The notes under the pieces are model-generated. The model saw only the letters and a program-made list of their open reading frames with translations, was not told where the DNA came from and did not search any database. A DNA stretch of 64,000 bases, from the IMG/VR virus record IMGVR_UViG_3300037400_004242; one strand, written 5' to 3'. Source of the DNA: a virus (taxonomy: Duplodnaviria > Caudoviricetes). Every line of letters starts with the position of its first letter. The stretch's first letter is position 1. Both the position numbers and the translations under genes were made by a program. Of the stretch, positions 59,102 to 64,000 are shown in pieces.

Positions 59102-60969
59102 CTGATACTATTCAAGAAGTCGATAGCGGCTTTTTCATAAGCGGAAACTTGAGATTCAGCATAAGAATCGTTTGTAATGATTCCATTATCAAACGTTTCC
59201 TTTGCTTTATTAAGTTCTGCTAAAGCATCACTTAATTTTTTAACATCATCATTATATTTGTCTGTATCGGAATATTCTTCCTTGGAACTTACGCTATCTG
59301 AAACTTCTTTTGCCTTTTTAATAGCGGCTTTGAATGTATCAATATTCTCCTGTGTAGTATTACCAGGTTTCGTTCCAACTTGAACTGCATCAACATGTGT
59401 CTGATAATCGGAGATAGCTTTTTCGATAGCAGTTTTGTCAACCTTGTAATCTTCGATTGCATCTTTAAAGTTTTGAATAGCGGTTGTTAATTCTTCAACT
59501 GCAACTTTAACTTCAGAAGATTGAGCTTCATCATTGTTATTAACAACTTTTGCTTTGTCAATAGCAGATGTGAACGCATCTTTTGCTTCTTGTTTAACTG
59601 TACCTACATCTTCGCCAACAACATGTTCACTATTTAATTTTTCTGCACTTGTAATAAGTTCATTAAGAGTTGTTTTGTCAACTTCTTTGCCTGGTACTGT
59701 ATATACAGTATCTTTATCTTTGATTTTTTCTGTTGGAATTGCAAAATCATCAACAGCAGATACTAAATTATCCTTAACGGTAATGACAGTATGATAATAA
59801 CTGCCATCATTCATTTCATAAATGTAATCATAATCTCCATCTGCCATTGATTCTGTTCCAAAGAGCAAACTTGTCTGGTCAGGAGTTAAATCAGAAACAG
59901 GCATTTCATCATATTGCCCTGCATTATAATAGAACGCTCTCTTAGCAGAACCAACTTTAATTTTATCTGTAAATACAATACGGAATGGAACATTACCTGA
60001 AATATGCTTTACCTTATATAAATCTAAATGATTATTTTTAGATTTATATAAATAATAAAGTTTATATGCTTCTTTCTGTTTTAAATAAGCCGCATCATAA
60101 CGAGATTGTAATGAAGTTTTCTTATCTCCATCTTCAAGTGCGCTAATAGCTTCAGAAGCAGTAATACGACTTGCTTCTAAAGCATCTTTTTGCTTTGCAA
60201 TTTCATCTAAATCGCTAGAAGCAATTTCTTGTACTAAATCCTCGTAGCGTGTTAATGCTTCTTCGGCAGTAATAACTTTTACTGCAAATGTTGAAGAGTT
60301 TTCGATAGAATTTTTTGCATCAGCAACATGATATGTGAGTTTATAATCTCCATGCGCATCATCTTTTACATTAAATTCAATCGTAACTGTATCATGCGCA
60401 CCGTCTAAACGAGAAACATTAGATAAAATATCAAAAGAATTTTCAGCTAACGGTACATCTTTTACAATATCTTCTTCTGTAAATGTCTGATTATGTACTG
60501 TTACTTTAATAGAATCAAATACTGTATTAAATGCAACAGCACTATCATCATTAGCAGTTAATTTTAATGAAGATGTAATATTAGAAGCTGTAAACTTATT
60601 GAAATATTCTTCCAATACCAACTGAGCCTTTTCAGAACCTTGTAAGAAAACAGCTTTATTTGTGTCTAATTCTGTAAAAGTAATCGTTGGAGGTTCCGTT
60701 GGTGTTGGTTCAGAACCTGTTCCTTTGGTATCATCATCTTTTGGGGTTTCAGTACTTGAGCCTGTACCTGTGGAATCTGAATCACTTGTAGTATCAGAAC
60801 CTGTAGTACCTGAACCACCTGTTGTATCAGAAGAACCTGTTCCTGAACCATTGCCAGAGCCATCTGATGGAGTGCTTGTGCTTGAGCCATCATTTGGTAA
60901 TGCTACTGATTCATCACCATCTGCAAAGCGTTGAAGATTAAAAATAAAATTCTTTTCTTCATTGGACAT
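59083..60969 (-). CDS. N-terminal part of the same protein: FNLQRF/A leader, G/S/T linker, Ig-like and FIVAR-like repeats
   Basis: ATG 60969 follows SD AGGAG. Two FIVAR-like units of the form VDKT.L..I..A..VG...G. Confidence 0.7.
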   Translation of the reverse strand: MSNEEKNFIFNLQRFADGDESVALPNDGSSTSTPSDGSGNGSGTGSSDTTGGSGTTGSDTTSDSDSTGTGSSTETPKDDDTKGTGSEPTPTEPPTITFTELDTNKAVFLQGSEKAQLVLEEYFNKFTASNITSSLKLTANDDSAVAFNTVFDSIKVTVHNQTFTEEDIVKDVPLAENSFDILSNVSRLDGAHDTVTIEFNVKDDAHGDYKLTYHVADAKNSIENSSTFAVKVITAEEALTRYEDLVQEIASSDLDEIAKQKDALEASRITASEAISALEDGDKKTSLQSRYDAAYLKQKEAYKLYYLYKSKNNHLDLYKVKHISGNVPFRIVFTDKIKVGSAKRAFYYNAGQYDEMPVSDLTPDQTSLLFGTESMADGDYDYIYEMNDGSYYHTVITVKDNLVSAVDDFAIPTEKIKDKDTVYTVPGKEVDKTTLNELITSAEKLNSEHVVGEDVGTVKQEAKDAFTSAIDKAKVVNNNDEAQSSEVKVAVEELTTAIQNFKDAIEDYKVDKTAIEKAISDYQTHVDAVQVGTKPGNTTQENIDTFKAAIKKAKEVSDSVSSKEEYSDTDKYNDDVKKLSDALAELNKAKETFDNGIITNDSYAESQVSAYEKAAIDFLNSIRKKIRI

Positions 60970-61244
60970 AAAAATCACTCTCCTAAATTGACATTGTATT
61001 GTTATTCTAGGATATAATTTAATTTACAAGAGGAAATCATTGCATTGTTTTCTTCTTATGTAAATTAAAAAATTATAAAATGCAATTATGAATTTATAAA
61101 TATCTTTCAAATAACAAAATTGATTGCACTAACAGATATTTTTTACATTCATAATGCTAGAATACTGAGTTTTTTACTCAATAAAAAAATAAGAGATTGA
61201 AGCAAATCAATCTCTCACATAACAATATAGCATATTTTATAACA

Positions 61245-63998
61245 TTATTTCTCTTTCGTAGCAAAATCAAGAGTAAATGTTTTATCTTTATTTGTAGCAT
61301 TGGTACTTAGCCAAGCCTGATGTCCATCATAGTATTCATTTGTGCGGAAACGACGTTTAAATTCAAGATTTCCTGCTTCGACCATTTCTTGAACAGTTTG
61401 ACCATAATATGTCTTGAAGTATGTATCAAGCCACAAAATAGAGAAGTGTTCAAATGTATCGCTAGGAAGTTTAAATCCGTTAAATGCTTCTGTTTGTTCT
61501 AATTCAGTTAATGGATTCTTCATGAAGTCTTCTTCAGAAATACGTCCATTTAACCATGTATAAGCATTTTTACCTGAAACATATAAGCTCTTTCCTGTCA
61601 ATGACATTTTATCAGGAACATTCTTAATTGTTATATCAAATAATCCTTCACCATCATAAGATTCAATATTTTTGATGCTTGCATAATCTTTAGAATATGT
61701 TGTAGCAGGAATATCCATCTTAATTAATGGAGTATCAATTGGCGTTCCTGTTGCAAGAACAACGAATTTTTTATGACGATAAGAAAGCACGTCTTGTGTA
61801 GATTCGATACGTACATAGAATTTGAACGTATCATTATTTTCTAATACATATGGAACTTTTATAGCATTTGTATATGTTGTTTTTCCATCATCAGATTTGT
61901 AAGTAGCTTTTGAAGCAACAAAGTCTGTTGGAGAATCAGGAGAAGTAAAGGACAACATAATCTTTGCTTTATCTTCTTGTGTATCAGCATCTGGGAAGAT
62001 AATAATATTATCCATAGCCAAACCTGTTTTATTCTCCAATACAACTGGATAAGCATCAGAATTAATACCGCCAATAACCGTACCAAAATCAAGTGTTTGC
62101 AATACATCGCCTGTATCTGTTGAATAATAGAAGTTATTTTCATCTTTAAACAACAAGGATTTGTATTCACCGACAATACTAAATTTCGTGAATGTAATAG
62201 TCTTTAATTCATCTTGTACACGAATCTCAATTTCATTTGGTAATCCAATTAATACATCATTTGTATTCCATGTATAGTTCAATTCAAATGTATTATTTTT
62301 ATAATCTGTTGGATTGAGCCATTCACTCCATTCTCCTTCTTTAACAGGAGCTTTTTGTGTACCATTGATATAAATTTGGAAACGGAATTTGCGATTCATA
62401 CTATGAGACATGAGAATATCTGCATAGAATTGATTATGAGATTTAATTTTAATTTCAGGAGAACCTTGAATTAACGTAAAGTTTATTATTTTTTCAGATT
62501 TTACTCCACGAGTATCCATTGTCTCAATTTTTAAATAGTTTGCGCCATTTGAGAATTTATACAATGGGAATTTAAAATTAAATTTCTCGTTATTTTTAGC
62601 TCTTAAATATGCACCATCGGAATTTGGATATAATTGTGTATATTCAGGACTAACTTGGTTTTTAGAAAGAACACGATAACGTACATCATCATTTTCTTTA
62701 TCTACAAAGACACCTTTGACATATACATAATCATGGTCAGTTGTATTAACAATTTCCGTGGCTTCAGGACCATTATTATCTTCAAATTCAATATCTAAAT
62801 CATGAATATGGAACGTAGAGTTAAATGCATCAGAAGAAATTGCACAAGCAATTTTAATTTTAGATTTATAATCTGTTGGTAATGCATTCATAACAGTACG
62901 AGAAGCCAAATCGTTAATTGTAACGCCTTGGTCATAAACATCAGATAACTGTACTCCTTTCCAATTGTTATCGGAAGGATTGTAAGTTAACCAACTTTTA
63001 CCATTGTTTACAGAAATAACATAGCGAGATTTATTTGTTCCGTAAGCATCTACATGAACACCACGATTTTCTTGTCCCATTGTGTTATACAACGTATATG
63101 TTATATTTGTACGGAGACTTTGTTTCTCTATACGTGTGTCATATTTTGTCTTGCCATTTAAAACAAAATCTTTATTTGGTTTATTAATTTCCGTATTAAC
63201 TTTTAAATCTACACCCTTAATTTCATCTTCTTTGGAATCTGTAATGGTAATATAACGATTATCATTAAATGCACTCGTAGAAGTTTTTATATTTGAAGCG
63301 TTGTTATAAGTTAATGAATATGTATAATTCGTAGAATTTGTTTGACGTTTATCATAGTTAATGTTTGCAATAATTGCATCATCATATTTTGATTCTTTTT
63401 CAATTTCTGTATTTACAATAATTGGGAACTCTGTAACTTCTTTTTTTTCTAATTTTGTATAATTATAATTACAAGAAAGTTTGTTATAGTCTCCTTCAGA
63501 TAAACGCAAGGTATCTTTCTGTTTGATTGTTGTAATTGTTATATCCATTGTATCAGAAGTTTTATCTTTTAAAATCTTTACAGATGGATACATGTTTTTT
63601 GCTTTTGTACCTTCTAACAAAACATCTAATTTAATATTATGTTTATCTTCTTGCAATACTTTACGTAATGCTTGAATTGTAATATTAGAAACGTCTGTTA
63701 AACCATTATCTACATAATAATCATATGTGATTGGGTCAGGAACATCAGTACATGGAACAAAAGTATTTGTTATTGTATCATATTTATTTAATGTTCCGTT
63801 AATATCAAATAATGTATAATAATGGTTTTGGAAAATTAATGTTGGGTAGCGATTATCAACAAATTTAAATACATATTGTTCATGTGGATAAAAATTATCT
63901 TTAACTGAATCTACCATAAAACTTGTAAAATTGCTAGGATTATAGAAATAGTCTTTACTAACGCCTTTTGCATGTTCATCAGGATAATATTCAGGAAT
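61245..63998 (-). CDS. Large beta-rich virion structural protein, 5'-truncated by the window edge
   Basis: The frame is open from 63917 to the window end. RYVISVNNGKSW and Ig-like D.END segments. Confidence 0.55.
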   Translation of the reverse strand: MPEYYPDEHAKGVSKDYFYNPSNFTSFMVDSVKDNFYPHEQYVFKFVDNRYPTLIFQNHYYTLFDINGTLNKYDTITNTFVPCTDVPDPITYDYYVDNGLTDVSNITIQALRKVLQEDKHNIKLDVLLEGTKAKNMYPSVKILKDKTSDTMDITITTIKQKDTLRLSEGDYNKLSCNYNYTKLEKKEVTEFPIIVNTEIEKESKYDDAIIANINYDKRQTNSTNYTYSLTYNNASNIKTSTSAFNDNRYITITDSKEDEIKGVDLKVNTEINKPNKDFVLNGKTKYDTRIEKQSLRTNITYTLYNTMGQENRGVHVDAYGTNKSRYVISVNNGKSWLTYNPSDNNWKGVQLSDVYDQGVTINDLASRTVMNALPTDYKSKIKIACAISSDAFNSTFHIHDLDIEFEDNNGPEATEIVNTTDHDYVYVKGVFVDKENDDVRYRVLSKNQVSPEYTQLYPNSDGAYLRAKNNEKFNFKFPLYKFSNGANYLKIETMDTRGVKSEKIINFTLIQGSPEIKIKSHNQFYADILMSHSMNRKFRFQIYINGTQKAPVKEGEWSEWLNPTDYKNNTFELNYTWNTNDVLIGLPNEIEIRVQDELKTITFTKFSIVGEYKSLLFKDENNFYYSTDTGDVLQTLDFGTVIGGINSDAYPVVLENKTGLAMDNIIIFPDADTQEDKAKIMLSFTSPDSPTDFVASKATYKSDDGKTTYTNAIKVPYVLENNDTFKFYVRIESTQDVLSYRHKKFVVLATGTPIDTPLIKMDIPATTYSKDYASIKNIESYDGEGLFDITIKNVPDKMSLTGKSLYVSGKNAYTWLNGRISEEDFMKNPLTELEQTEAFNGFKLPSDTFEHFSILWLDTYFKTYYGQTVQEMVEAGNLEFKRRFRTNEYYDGHQAWLSTNATNKDKTFTLDFATKEK

Positions 63999-64000
63999 TT

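Noticed and set aside
60690-60900. G/S/T-rich and AVNK-type short repeats as DNA elements
   Set aside because: They are protein-level low-complexity linkers with synonymous variation.
47885-63998. Diversity-generating retroelement acting on fibre or LRR genes
   Set aside because: I saw no reverse transcriptase and no template/variable repeat pair differing at adenines in this window.
1-64000. Stop-codon reassignment, as seen in some gut jumbo phages
   Set aside because: Long conserved genes are intact in code 11, and TAA, TGA and TAG all end genes at sensible positions.

Overview
The window is an AT-rich (about 30% GC by eye) segment of a large myovirus-type phage genome in genetic code 11. 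The host is probably a Firmicute, judged from sigmaA-type promoters, SD sites and an FNLQRF/A Prp-type motif. 1-26.7 kb holds a contractile tail and baseplate module: tape-measure end with a muralytic domain, tube initiator, hub, spike, gp25, baseplate J, wedge and fibre proteins. 27-48 kb holds a replication and nucleoid module: PC4-like protein, intein-containing SF2 helicase, DnaC-like loader, DnaB, CHC2-only primase domain, two HU proteins, GyrB/GyrA-type topoisomerase, ClpX and five free-standing homing-type endonucleases. 48-64 kb holds RecJ, an NrnA-like DHH enzyme, a WYL protein, a sigma factor and minus-strand virion-type proteins. The main observations are: (1) gyrB is fractured by a naturally split intein, with a Vsr-like endonuclease gene between the two halves; (2) an orphan IscB-type omega/HEARO RNA with no iscB gene; (3) a ~160-nt rod-shaped, 6S-like RNA that starts exactly at a recurring candidate late-promoter motif (TAT-N8-TAGA), next to WYL and sigma genes; (4) two minus-strand ORFs that form one gene across a -1 shift at an A8 run; (5) a 7-copy dyad repeat next to an AT-rich tract; (6) apparent avoidance of GATC and GCWGC. 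All calls come from reading motifs by eye; no searches were run.
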